Shown here piece by piece: positions 19,749 to 28,976 of a stretch of DNA of 64,000 nt; positions within the stretch are counted from its first letter, which is position 1; each line of letters opens with the position of its first letter. The position numbers and the translations under genes are program-made. Source of the stretch: an uncultured bacterium (GTDB lineage: Bacteria; Babelota; Babeliae; Babelales; Vermiphilaceae); assembly GCA_963707655.1 (NCBI GenBank), contig OY970172.1, positions 896,001 through 960,000 on the forward strand, written 5' to 3'. The notes beneath the pieces are model-generated. The model made no database searches and was not told the origin of the DNA. It worked only from the letters and a program-made list of their open reading frames with translations.

Positions 19749-20627
19749 ATGCAACATAAAAAAACAACGCTCCTCTTAGGCGCTCATATGTCAACAGCCG
19801 GCGGGTTGGAACAGGCAATCATAAAGGGTGAATCAATCGGTTGCACCGCCATTGGCATTTTTACTAAAAGCAACCGCCAATGGCTCGCCAAGGATCTGAC
19901 GCCGGAGGAAATCACCTTATTTAAAAAAACAATGTCCGGCTCGAGCGTGGAGCAGGTTGTTGCGCATGCCTGCTATCTTATCAATTTGGCCGCAGGCGAC
20001 CCTCTTATTTATCAAAAATCTATTGATGCTCTGCAACAAGAACTGTTGCGCTGCGAACAACTCAACATTCCCTATCTCGTGTTGCACCCGGGTTCAGCCG
20101 GCTCACAAACAAGAGATGAAGCACTGCAAAAAATAGCTCATGGTCTTGACGCTGTGCTCAATGCAACTAACGGCAAAACAATGATTCTTTTAGAAACCAT
20201 GGCTGGTCAGGGAACAAGCACGTGCGCAACATTTGAAGATTTGGCACAAATACGCGCCATGACAAACAAGCGTGAAAAGATTGGCATCTGCTTAGACACG
20301 TGCCATATATTTGCTGCCGGCTATGATATTGCTACAGCCGCAGGATACGCCAAGACATGGCGTCAGTTTGATGAAACGATTGGACTGTCTCACTTGAAAG
20401 CTTTTCACCTGAACGATTCGCTCAAAGATTGCGCCTCCCGTGTCGACCGCCATGCAGATATAGGCGAGGGAAAAATTGGTCTTGATTGCTTTTCTTGGTT
20501 GATCAATGATCCGCGCTTTTTTGCCATTCCTAAAATTATTGAAACGCCAAAAGGGGATGATGCTTTGAAGCAAGACCTGAAAAACTTAACTGTTCTTAGA
20601 GGATTGTTCACCGGCGATGATGAATAA
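19749..20627 (+). CDS. nfo: Endonuclease IV
   Basis: GAHMSTAGG, HACYLINL, ETMAGQG, CLDTCH, HLNDS, DRHADIG, ETP. Confidence 0.97.
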   Translation: MQHKKTTLLLGAHMSTAGGLEQAIIKGESIGCTAIGIFTKSNRQWLAKDLTPEEITLFKKTMSGSSVEQVVAHACYLINLAAGDPLIYQKSIDALQQELLRCEQLNIPYLVLHPGSAGSQTRDEALQKIAHGLDAVLNATNGKTMILLETMAGQGTSTCATFEDLAQIRAMTNKREKIGICLDTCHIFAAGYDIATAAGYAKTWRQFDETIGLSHLKAFHLNDSLKDCASRVDRHADIGEGKIGLDCFSWLINDPRFFAIPKIIETPKGDDALKQDLKNLTVLRGLFTGDDE

Positions 20628-21407
20628 TTATTAAAAAAATGAGAGAGATTAGTGAAAAAAAAGAAAAAGTAATAGATAAAAAGAGCTTAAAAACCTTTTA
20701 TGAGCTAAGAAGGAATTGCAGTAGAGTATCCCTAAGCTTCTGTATCTATTACTTTTTCAAATAAGCAGTGCCCTTAACCAACAATGTTTCCATATAATAA
20801 CTAGGAGACCAGTTATCAGGTTATAGCTTCTCAATTTTGCTATAATGCATACAAAAAACAACAAAACTTTTAAGGGAAAAAAAGCAACAACAAAAAAATG
20901 TTGCTTGAACAGCATGTTTTCAAAAAACAGTAACGTTTTGTGCAAAAGCAACAAAAAAGCAACAACTCACATATTGCTAAAATAATGATATATTTTTGAT
21001 TGAACGTAGAAAAAATGGGTTATTTCGCAAAAAGAAGATAGATGCGCGTGCTCGACAACGGGGCTCGTGCGCAACTAGGTGAATCAAAAATACACGTTAA
21101 AAACAAAAGCTTATCAAGCTAAAAGCACTTCTGCTGCTCTGTGTGACCCGCAATACCCATACACAATTATCCCAGTAGGACAATCGAGATTAAGTTGCCA
21201 AGCGTCTACCACCATATCTTGAAAGAGATCACAGCAGAATTGAGTGAAAAATTTGTTGCGCGCATTATTGCAGCACTCCAACAGTCCATCTTTAGCCCGA
21301 CAGCTGTGCCCGCGTGATACGTGAATGAGTAAAATTCAGAGCTTCTGGAGAGAAAAACAGCTACCCATTTCTCGTCATGCTATGCCTGAAGAGAGGGTGT
21401 AATCTGC

Positions 21408-23474
21408 TTATTTTTGCGTAGCCGGCACTTGAATGAAGGCTTCAACCTTATCGTCAGGCTGCCATTCTGTGAAATTTTCAACCACAAAACCACACTCAAA
21501 ACCGGAATGAATCTCTTTAACGCTTCTTTTTTCTCGCTGCAAGCTGGTGATCTTTCCTTCACCAATTTTTTGCTTGCCTCGATAGATTACCAAGATGCTG
21601 TCTTTTGTAATGATACCATCTTTCACATAGCAGCCGGCAATAACGCCAACATTTTTGATATCAAATACCTTGCGTACAACAGCTTCGCCAATACGCTTTC
21701 GTGTCATTTTTACTTCTTTGGCGCTTTCGCTTACTTTCTCTAATGTTTCAAGTAGCTTATAAATAACGTCAAAGTTTTGTATTGAGACCGATAAGCGCTG
21801 AGCTAATAAATTTGCATTCGGCTCAGCCTTAATGTGCAGAGAAAAAATTTCTGACCCTGTATCGGCCGCCAGCATAACATCACTTTCATTAATGCTGCCA
21901 ATTGCTGCATGAATAATATTAAATCCTTTTTCGGTCTTGCTTGAAATTTTAGCAATAGACTCAACCAACGCTTCTTTTGAAGAATTAGTATCGGTTTTAA
22001 TAATAAGATTTTTGGCTCCTTCAGTGAGCAACTTACGGTACGCTAGGTTTTTGCGATTTTGATCGCCGCCCATCTTGATTTTGCGAACATCGTCTTTTGA
22101 CAATACTGCAAAATAGTCGCCCGCTTCTGGTTGGCTCTCAAATCCAGCAACTTGCACGGGAATTGATGGCCCAACCTCTTGCAATCTCTTGCCATATGAA
22201 TCAACCAAAGAGCTCACTTTTCCTGTCGTAAGACCACATGAGAAGTAATCGCCCACAGAGACTTTTCCTTGCTGCAATAAAAGTGTTGCAACAATGCCAC
22301 GCCCTTTTTCCAGGCGAGACTCCAGCAAATAACCGGCTCCCTGTCCTGCAACATCAGCGCGTAACTCCATCAGTTGAGACTGCAACACGATCATCTCTAG
22401 GAGAAGATCTATGCCGGTGCCATTTTTCGCAGATATGGGGACATAAATAACATTGCCGCCCCACTCCTCTGGCATTAGTCCATGATTGGAAAGATCGCGT
22501 CTTACGATATCAATGCGACTTGGGTCAACCTTGTCTATCTTGTTAATTGCAACAACAATAGGAATATCTATTTCTTTAACGTGTTTTATCGCTTCCAGCG
22601 TCTGAGGCATTATGCTATCATCGGCCGCAACAACTAAAATTGCTAAATCAGCAACTCGAATACCGCGCGCTCTCATTTTAGAAAAAGCCTCATGTCCCGG
22701 AGTATCCAAGAAAATAAGATTGCCCTGCTTGGTGTTTGCTTCGTAAGCACCAAGATGTTGCGTTATGCCACCTTTTTCACGTGCAGCAACGCGAGTGCTG
22801 CGAATGAAATCAAGCAGTGTTGTTTTTCCATGATCAACATGGCCAACAACCACGACAACAGGAAGTCTTTCTTTTACATTGTCTCCAGAAGCCAGAGCAG
22901 CAGAACGCTTAATCTCTTCTTTTTTTTGTACTAATTTTTCTGTTTTGATCTGAAAATGCTCCGCAAGGCGCGCAACAATCTCAACAGGGATCAATTGGTT
23001 TTTGTTCGAAAGTATTCCCCACTTCAACAACGTAACAATAACTTCGCTTGTGGGTTTTTGTATGATGGTAGCAAGATCCGCAACCGTTGTAGGCGCCAGA
23101 ATAAGTACGGGAGCAGGGGTTTGTATACCGACAGATTGCTTTGATCGAGGCAATGGCACTTCTCGAGTATTTTTTAAACCAGAGACATCTGGCATTATTT
23201 TTTTAGAATCAGTTGAAGCGTTGGTGTTGATCGGGGCTGTTTCCATCGTTTCCTTGTGGGTAGCTACCTGCTGGCTTAATTTTGTTGTTTCTTTGACTAG
23301 TGACTCCGACGACTGCGCTTCTTGTTTTTTGTTAAAAGTTTTATTCAAAAATTCAATTGCATCTGATGTCAAAACAGACATGTGGCTATTTACCGGAAAG
23401 CCCTCTCTGTTTAACAATTCAAGCAATTCTTTACTTGGTATGCCACTTTGTTTTGAAAATTCATACACACGCAT
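21408..23474 (-). CDS. infB: Translation initiation factor IF-2
   Basis: GHVDHGKTTLLD, GGITQHLGAY, DTPGHEAF, NKID. Confidence 0.98.
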   Translation of the reverse strand: MRVYEFSKQSGIPSKELLELLNREGFPVNSHMSVLTSDAIEFLNKTFNKKQEAQSSESLVKETTKLSQQVATHKETMETAPINTNASTDSKKIMPDVSGLKNTREVPLPRSKQSVGIQTPAPVLILAPTTVADLATIIQKPTSEVIVTLLKWGILSNKNQLIPVEIVARLAEHFQIKTEKLVQKKEEIKRSAALASGDNVKERLPVVVVVGHVDHGKTTLLDFIRSTRVAAREKGGITQHLGAYEANTKQGNLIFLDTPGHEAFSKMRARGIRVADLAILVVAADDSIMPQTLEAIKHVKEIDIPIVVAINKIDKVDPSRIDIVRRDLSNHGLMPEEWGGNVIYVPISAKNGTGIDLLLEMIVLQSQLMELRADVAGQGAGYLLESRLEKGRGIVATLLLQQGKVSVGDYFSCGLTTGKVSSLVDSYGKRLQEVGPSIPVQVAGFESQPEAGDYFAVLSKDDVRKIKMGGDQNRKNLAYRKLLTEGAKNLIIKTDTNSSKEALVESIAKISSKTEKGFNIIHAAIGSINESDVMLAADTGSEIFSLHIKAEPNANLLAQRLSVSIQNFDVIYKLLETLEKVSESAKEVKMTRKRIGEAVVRKVFDIKNVGVIAGCYVKDGIITKDSILVIYRGKQKIGEGKITSLQREKRSVKEIHSGFECGFVVENFTEWQPDDKVEAFIQVPATQK

Positions 23475-23531
23475 GCAGATATCTTGCTCGCTTCATTAAA
23501 GTTTTGATAATTATTTCATACAACGTATCTT

Positions 23532-24596
23532 TTAATCCAATTGCTGAAACTCGCTGTCTTCCTGTGAAAATGAATCCTTTTTCTCTTCCTGAACAAGATG
23601 AAGGTTCATTCCTACCAAACGGGAGGCAAGTGAAATGTTTTGCCCCATTCTGCCAATAGCTAGAGAACGCTGATCGTCATTAACATAAATCTCTGCGTTT
23701 TCACTGTCAACAATAACAACGCGCTTCACCTCTGCAGGTTTTAAAGCGTCTTTGATGAGCTCTTCTTTGGAGTCGCTCCACGCTATAATATCAATTTTTT
23801 CGCCGCCCAATTCCTTGAGTATCGGCTTTATGCGGGCGCCACCGACCCCTACACAGGTACCAACAGGATCAATGTTTTTATCGAAAGAGGCAACAATGAC
23901 TTTTGACTTGTACCCGGAAGTGCGAACAATTTTTTTGACCTCAACCAGCTTTTCAAAAACCTCAGGTATTTCAAGTTCAAACAACTTATGCAAGAAGAAT
24001 TCTGAAGCCCGATCAAGAATTAACTGGTTTTCATTGCGCGGCTCTACCAAGACCTCTTTCAAGAGAGCTCTTATAGAGTAGCCCACAACGCATTTGTCGG
24101 TTGGCATCATGAGTGATTTTGGCAAGAAGGCAACAGTGTCTTGAAGTTTTACGATAGCGCCGCCACGTTCACATTTGTGGATAACGCCATGCACAATGGA
24201 ACCTTCTTTGTCTTTGAATTCGTTGTAGACAGCCATGGCCTCAACGCCACGTATTTTTTGGGCAATGACCTGTTTGGCCCGCAAAATTTCTATTCTGCCA
24301 ATTTTGCCATCAAAGGGAACTTTTATATTATCGCCTGCCTGGATATTGAGATCAATGGCGCGAGCTTTCTTGGCGGAAATCTCAAATTCTTCATCCTCAG
24401 GATTTCCGGCAACAACAAGCTTCTCAACCAAAATCTTCACTTCATCGGTTTTTTTGTCATGTTCAACAAAAAGATTGAGTGCAGGATAGCGTTTTTCATA
24501 GGCGGCAAAAATTCCGTCACAAACTATTGAGCTCAGAACGGCTTTATCAAGACCGCGTTCTTCTACTAATTCTTCGATAACATCAGAAAGTTTCAC
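23532..24596 (-). CDS. nusA: Transcription termination/antitermination factor NusA
   Basis: S1 and KH domains (IDPVGTCVGVGGARI, LAIGRMGQN). Start reassigned to GTG at 24596 after SD AGAGGA. Confidence 0.96.
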   Translation of the reverse strand: MKLSDVIEELVEERGLDKAVLSSIVCDGIFAAYEKRYPALNLFVEHDKKTDEVKILVEKLVVAGNPEDEEFEISAKKARAIDLNIQAGDNIKVPFDGKIGRIEILRAKQVIAQKIRGVEAMAVYNEFKDKEGSIVHGVIHKCERGGAIVKLQDTVAFLPKSLMMPTDKCVVGYSIRALLKEVLVEPRNENQLILDRASEFFLHKLFELEIPEVFEKLVEVKKIVRTSGYKSKVIVASFDKNIDPVGTCVGVGGARIKPILKELGGEKIDIIAWSDSKEELIKDALKPAEVKRVVIVDSENAEIYVNDDQRSLAIGRMGQNISLASRLVGMNLHLVQEEKKDSFSQEDSEFQQLD

Positions 24597-24844
24597 TGTA
24601 GATTTGTCCTCTAAATAAATTTTATAGCTCAGCAAAATCCTACTGACCGCCCGCGGGATAGAGAATGTGCATTTTTGGGAGCATGGGTTTAGTGTAATAT
24701 AAACTTGTTTTTCTAGCAAGTTTAATATCCACAAAGAACAATTTTAGCATGGTAAAGGGCTTTTTTCTCCCTAGACACTTATTTTTGCGGGCTTGGGGGG
24801 TACATCCTGTCGCCTAGCCAACTTTAGGTCCCTGCGGCGAACGC

Positions 24845-25168
24845 TTATTATTATATTTTATATATATATTTATATACTTAATAATAATAGGCGAACCGGT
24901 TTTTGGTGGATAACTTTGCAAATATCTTTAAAAAACCTTATAAGTAAGCCATTTTTTTAAAAAAACTTCTGGTGGATAAGTGGTGGATAAGTGGCAAAAA
25001 GTGGTGGATAACTTTGTGGAAAACCTTGCGATTGGTCTATTGATCGATGTTCCGCTGGTGGATAACTATGGGAATTACTTCTGGTTGGCATTATCCGAGT
25101 TACGTAAAAATTGACCAAAATGAGTTATCCACCAGTTATCCACCACTTATCCACCAAGTTATCCACCA
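24845..25168. other. Probable chromosomal replication origin (oriC)
   Basis: AT-rich tract 24845-24878, TAA-TAA-TAA-TAG trios 24879-24890, and nine exact TTATCCACCA boxes (five reverse, four forward) in a gene-free gap. Confidence 0.85.
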
Positions 25169-25273
25169 GACAGCAAGGGTCGTAATTTTTTTATTGTTTT
25201 GCTTATTGTTTCAAGTTGAATTTTTAAGGAGGCTGGGACCACCACCCCCCCCATGATCTTTGTTTTATAGATG

Positions 25274-26788
25274 TTACGAGATGTATTCTGCCAGGAGTTC
25301 TATCCAGCTGTTCGTGTTGGCAAAAATTGTTTTGCGGTATGAGTTATGTATTTTGTTTTCAGGGAAATAGATTGATATTCCGCCGGCTTGACTCAGATTG
25401 GGTCCCACAACGTTTGCAAAGGCAATATCTTTAATGAGGGCGCGCCCTTGCGTTAAGAGTTGATCGAGGGTGTGAAGGAGCATGTTGTTTGGTTTATTAA
25501 AAACAAAGTGTTTTAAATTTGTTTTTAAGTTAACATACAGGTGACGCAGATCAACATAGCTTGGTTCGTCAAAATGCGTACACAGGAGCTTGTTTTTGCT
25601 GGCGCGAATTGCATTTTTTACCGATTTGTCTTTTTGAATCCCTATTGCTTCAATCAAAAGAGTCGCAACAGAGCCAACATTGGCTTCGAGCTCTTTGATT
25701 TTGTCAAGGTCGAGGGCTGCAAGGGTGTAATCGTCGGTAATTTTTTTGTAATTTTCTCCATAGCTCTCAACAATGTGTTGCGCAAATTGCTTCGGGGAAA
25801 GCGTTGCCTGCGTGAAGGGCTTCATTATGTTGTCGTAGCGCCAGCCGGCACCCAATTCCAACTCTTGTGATGCCACCATAATATGACCGTATTCTCTGAC
25901 AATATTTCCTATTTCCAACATCGACATTAAACATGCGTCAAACCCGATAATATCGAACTTTTTTCCTTGCAAAGCGGTGCGGCATATCTGATTAAGCGCT
26001 ATTGTCAGCGCTTGATTGTTTAGGTAGTTACCTGTTGTGTCATCCCAACACATTCCGCGCTCTTTGAGTTGGTTGTCCATGCGGCTGATAAAATCGAGGA
26101 AGCCGATCGACCGGTCAATTTCAAGCTTGTTGGTAACGGGATTGAAGGTAAACAGGGTTGATGGGTTAACTATTCGACCATGTATGGGGTCAACAACTCC
26201 CGAGCCATGATTCCACAGGATTAACGCATGGTGATTGGCGGGAAAGCGTTGAATCGCCCATGTGCAAAATGAAACAAGGGTTTGCGCAGATCCGCTGTCT
26301 AGAGGCTGATCCATACTGTCCACGTCGGCAATATGTGTCATTGTATCTTTTTCGATGTAGTAACGACGAGTGATTTTTTTGTTGTGCGAGATGCGAGTGT
26401 GTAGCTCAACAATGATGTTGATGTGCAATGTTGAGCCAATTGCGGCAAGTTGTTGCAAGTTGCGCGCACCAAATCCACGCAAATCATTATCTGCTGCCAT
26501 ATATACGAGAAAGGTCCAATCTTTTTTTTGTTGCTCAAAATCGCTGGCGATGTGTTGCTCAATGAGAATCTTTGCTCTTTCTGCAACAGAACACTCTGCC
26601 GATTGCTCGTCGATAATATTTAATATCTCTGAAAAATCTGCGGAGATTTCTTGTTGTTGCGACATGTTGCTTTGTTCAAATGATATTTCTTCTATTGGTA
26701 TGGCAAGAAAGTTGCAATAGTTGCTTGTTATGCTGAGCAGGCTCAGTATGCACGAAATAAATTTGTTTTTTTTTGCAATCTTTAACAC
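25274..26788 (-). CDS. Clostripain-family (C11) cysteine peptidase, probably exported
   Basis: WTFLVYMAADNDL, ILWNHGSG (catalytic His), IIGFDACLM (catalytic Cys), VASQE. Start at GTG 26788 after SD AAGGGG. Confidence 0.9.
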   Translation of the reverse strand: MLKIAKKNKFISCILSLLSITSNYCNFLAIPIEEISFEQSNMSQQQEISADFSEILNIIDEQSAECSVAERAKILIEQHIASDFEQQKKDWTFLVYMAADNDLRGFGARNLQQLAAIGSTLHINIIVELHTRISHNKKITRRYYIEKDTMTHIADVDSMDQPLDSGSAQTLVSFCTWAIQRFPANHHALILWNHGSGVVDPIHGRIVNPSTLFTFNPVTNKLEIDRSIGFLDFISRMDNQLKERGMCWDDTTGNYLNNQALTIALNQICRTALQGKKFDIIGFDACLMSMLEIGNIVREYGHIMVASQELELGAGWRYDNIMKPFTQATLSPKQFAQHIVESYGENYKKITDDYTLAALDLDKIKELEANVGSVATLLIEAIGIQKDKSVKNAIRASKNKLLCTHFDEPSYVDLRHLYVNLKTNLKHFVFNKPNNMLLHTLDQLLTQGRALIKDIAFANVVGPNLSQAGGISIYFPENKIHNSYRKTIFANTNSWIELLAEYIS

Positions 26789-27002
26789 GGCATCCCCTTT
26801 TAGTTTTCTCTGGTACTTTTCCCTCTCTGTAGCATATGAATTTGGTGAACAAATAATCAATGGTTTTTTGCGAAATTTGTATGTCAGTAGTGGTTTTACT
26901 CATGTGGTCTCGATATCATGAGCGTGTGGCGTGATTTGAGTGATTCGATCGAGGTCGGAGTGTTGCGCTAAGGGTCTTCTTAATAGCTCTTTCTATGGTG
27001 AG

Positions 27003-28131
27003 TTATTGCCCATGAGGCAAAGCGTATTTTTTGTTGCTTTGTAGCGTGCTATAAAAAATAATAGCGAAAGTAAGGAAAAAGCTCAGTTGAAAATCAAGGA
27101 AAAAGAGTTGCATGGGATTGTATAAAATGGTGCATAGGGTGATGATGGCGATAGAATGAAGCCCTTGTAGCGGCACGTGTGCAAGTGATCCAATCTTTGA
27201 AAGAATAAATACCCACAGGGCCCGATAAAAAGAGATGCTGCTCCAGCTCAACAAGGTGTACATGGCAACGATACCAATCAAGAGACTATTTTTGAGCCAA
27301 AATCTACACGGTATAAAGGCAAAAAGAGCCTGCCAAAGCATAATACAGATTACCAAGTGTAATCCTGAACGAGCAAGGTAGTGCGATATTCCCCATTGCA
27401 AACATTCTTCTTTGATGCTTTGCGTAGTGGGTTGTTGCTTTTGTTGCTTTCCGAGAAAAAGTGAAGAAAAAAGAGCTGCTGTTTGCTCGGAAAACTTTTT
27501 TATCAAAGAGCGATACGTATTTATAGCATAGGCATTAATGCCACGCGTAAATGAATAGGTGGGACGATGCACGATCGTATAGGAAAGTTTTGATTCAAAG
27601 ATAGTTGCAACTGATTTCTCTTTTATTAAATAGCGTGCAAAAGAACTGTTATTATTTTTTTTTATTTTTATATCGCGCACTTCAATGGTGTCACCTATAC
27701 ACAAATCAGCAACATTGTTGGCATAAACATGTACGGCGTGCGGATGATAGTCTGTTGCTATTGTATTAGTTAAGTGTGAAAGCGTAATAACAACTTGATT
27801 TTTAAAATGGGGATTTTCAGTCTGTTCTATTTTTTTGATAGTACCTTTAAATGAACAGGTGCTGCCGGCAAAAATCTGGTGAAAAAGGTTAAAATGATAA
27901 AGTTGCTGCTGATAGCGAAACGCGCCACAGGCAAAGAAAAGGGGTATCAGCAATAAAAGAGGTTGTCGGGCAAGCTCTCCTTTAATAAGCATGAGAGAGA
28001 ACAAAGATGGCAAATAAAATAACGGGCGCCAGTGTATATCCAAAAAAAGCAGCGCATACGCCAACCATTAATGCTATGGTTGCAAAGAACAGTGGATGAA
28101 AATGTGGCGTAGAAAAATAATAGATAAGCAT
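27003..28131 (-). pseudogene. comEC: ComEC/Rec2 competence protein with a +1 frameshift near the 5' end
   Basis: WGISHYLARSGLH, S..RA and FQLSF motifs. The N-terminus (ATG 28131, MLIYYFSTPHFHPLFFATIALMVGVCAAF) is in a different frame from the main ORF 27003-28064. Confidence 0.75.
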
Positions 28132-28133
28132 GT

Positions 28134-28967
28134 TTATGATGCAATTGAAAATAGATTGTTTTTCTTACAAATTAATTGTTCTGCGCACAGATCAAAGAGA
28201 TTTTTTTCAATACGCTGTGGGTCACGATCAAGCATGACTAAAAAGTCTGATAATGCAAGATCGTGAAATTGTGTCAGTAGCTTGAGTATCTCCCCTCTTA
28301 TTTGTCTGTCTGAACCGGCAAATGATGATTGTTTTGTGTGATGCGCGCTTGCCCGGCTTGGATTTTTTTTGCTCTTTTTCAGCATCACTCCATAATCCAT
28401 AAGTGCGTAATACCAATCACGCGCGCGTTTCTGGTCGACCGTCGCGTGAATGAGCGGGACAAGTTCTGTATCTTTGATGTCTGTCTTGCCTTTAAAAAAA
28501 GAGTCGATAAAAACAGCCCTGATATTTGTTTCTATGAAAACAGTGGGCGCATTAAAAGCGAATGCTGCAATGGATGAAGCTGTTGCTTTGCCTATGCCGG
28601 GAAACGTAACCAAAATATCAGGAGAAGAGGGAAGACAACCGTTATACTCGCCCATTACCTTTTGTGCAATTTCATGCAGATACTTACCGCGCCTGTTGTA
28701 ACCAAGGCCCTGCCAGTATGTGAGCACGTCTCGCAATGATGCATGCGCTAATTGCTCAAATGATGGGAATCTGTTGATAAACTCATCATATTTTTTTGCA
28801 ACACGATGCGTTTGTGTTTGTTGCAACATAACTTCGGAAACAACTATTTTGTACGGATCATCTATGTGGCGCCATGCGAAGCGTCGCCCATGAGATTCAT
28901 AAAAATCCCAAATTGTTTTTACAAAAACGGATAATGCATTTTGATCGGGCATAGTGGGTATGTTCAT
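28134..28967 (-). CDS. mutY: A/G-specific adenine glycosylase, short MutY-like form without Fe-S cysteines
   Basis: DPYKIVVSEVMLQQTQ, WQGLGYNRR, HhH motif FPGIGKATA, ALMDYG. Confidence 0.85.
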   Translation of the reverse strand: MNIPTMPDQNALSVFVKTIWDFYESHGRRFAWRHIDDPYKIVVSEVMLQQTQTHRVAKKYDEFINRFPSFEQLAHASLRDVLTYWQGLGYNRRGKYLHEIAQKVMGEYNGCLPSSPDILVTFPGIGKATASSIAAFAFNAPTVFIETNIRAVFIDSFFKGKTDIKDTELVPLIHATVDQKRARDWYYALMDYGVMLKKSKKNPSRASAHHTKQSSFAGSDRQIRGEILKLLTQFHDLALSDFLVMLDRDPQRIEKNLFDLCAEQLICKKNNLFSIAS

Positions 28968-28976
28968 TGTTGTCTG

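Noticed and set aside
20757..20954. 65-aa minus-strand ORF
   Set aside because: Low-complexity product of A-rich repeats with no SD
24597..24734. N-terminal extension of NusA in the ORF track
   Set aside because: NusA-like sequence begins at GTG 24596, which has a good SD
24904..25168. Short repeats as a CRISPR array or plasmid iterons
   Set aside because: The units are 10 bp, occur in both orientations and lack unique spacers. No cas or rep gene is present, and a DnaA-box reading fits better.
25047..25256. 69-aa ORF inside the origin region
   Set aside because: Translation of the box repeats, with no SD or protein-like features
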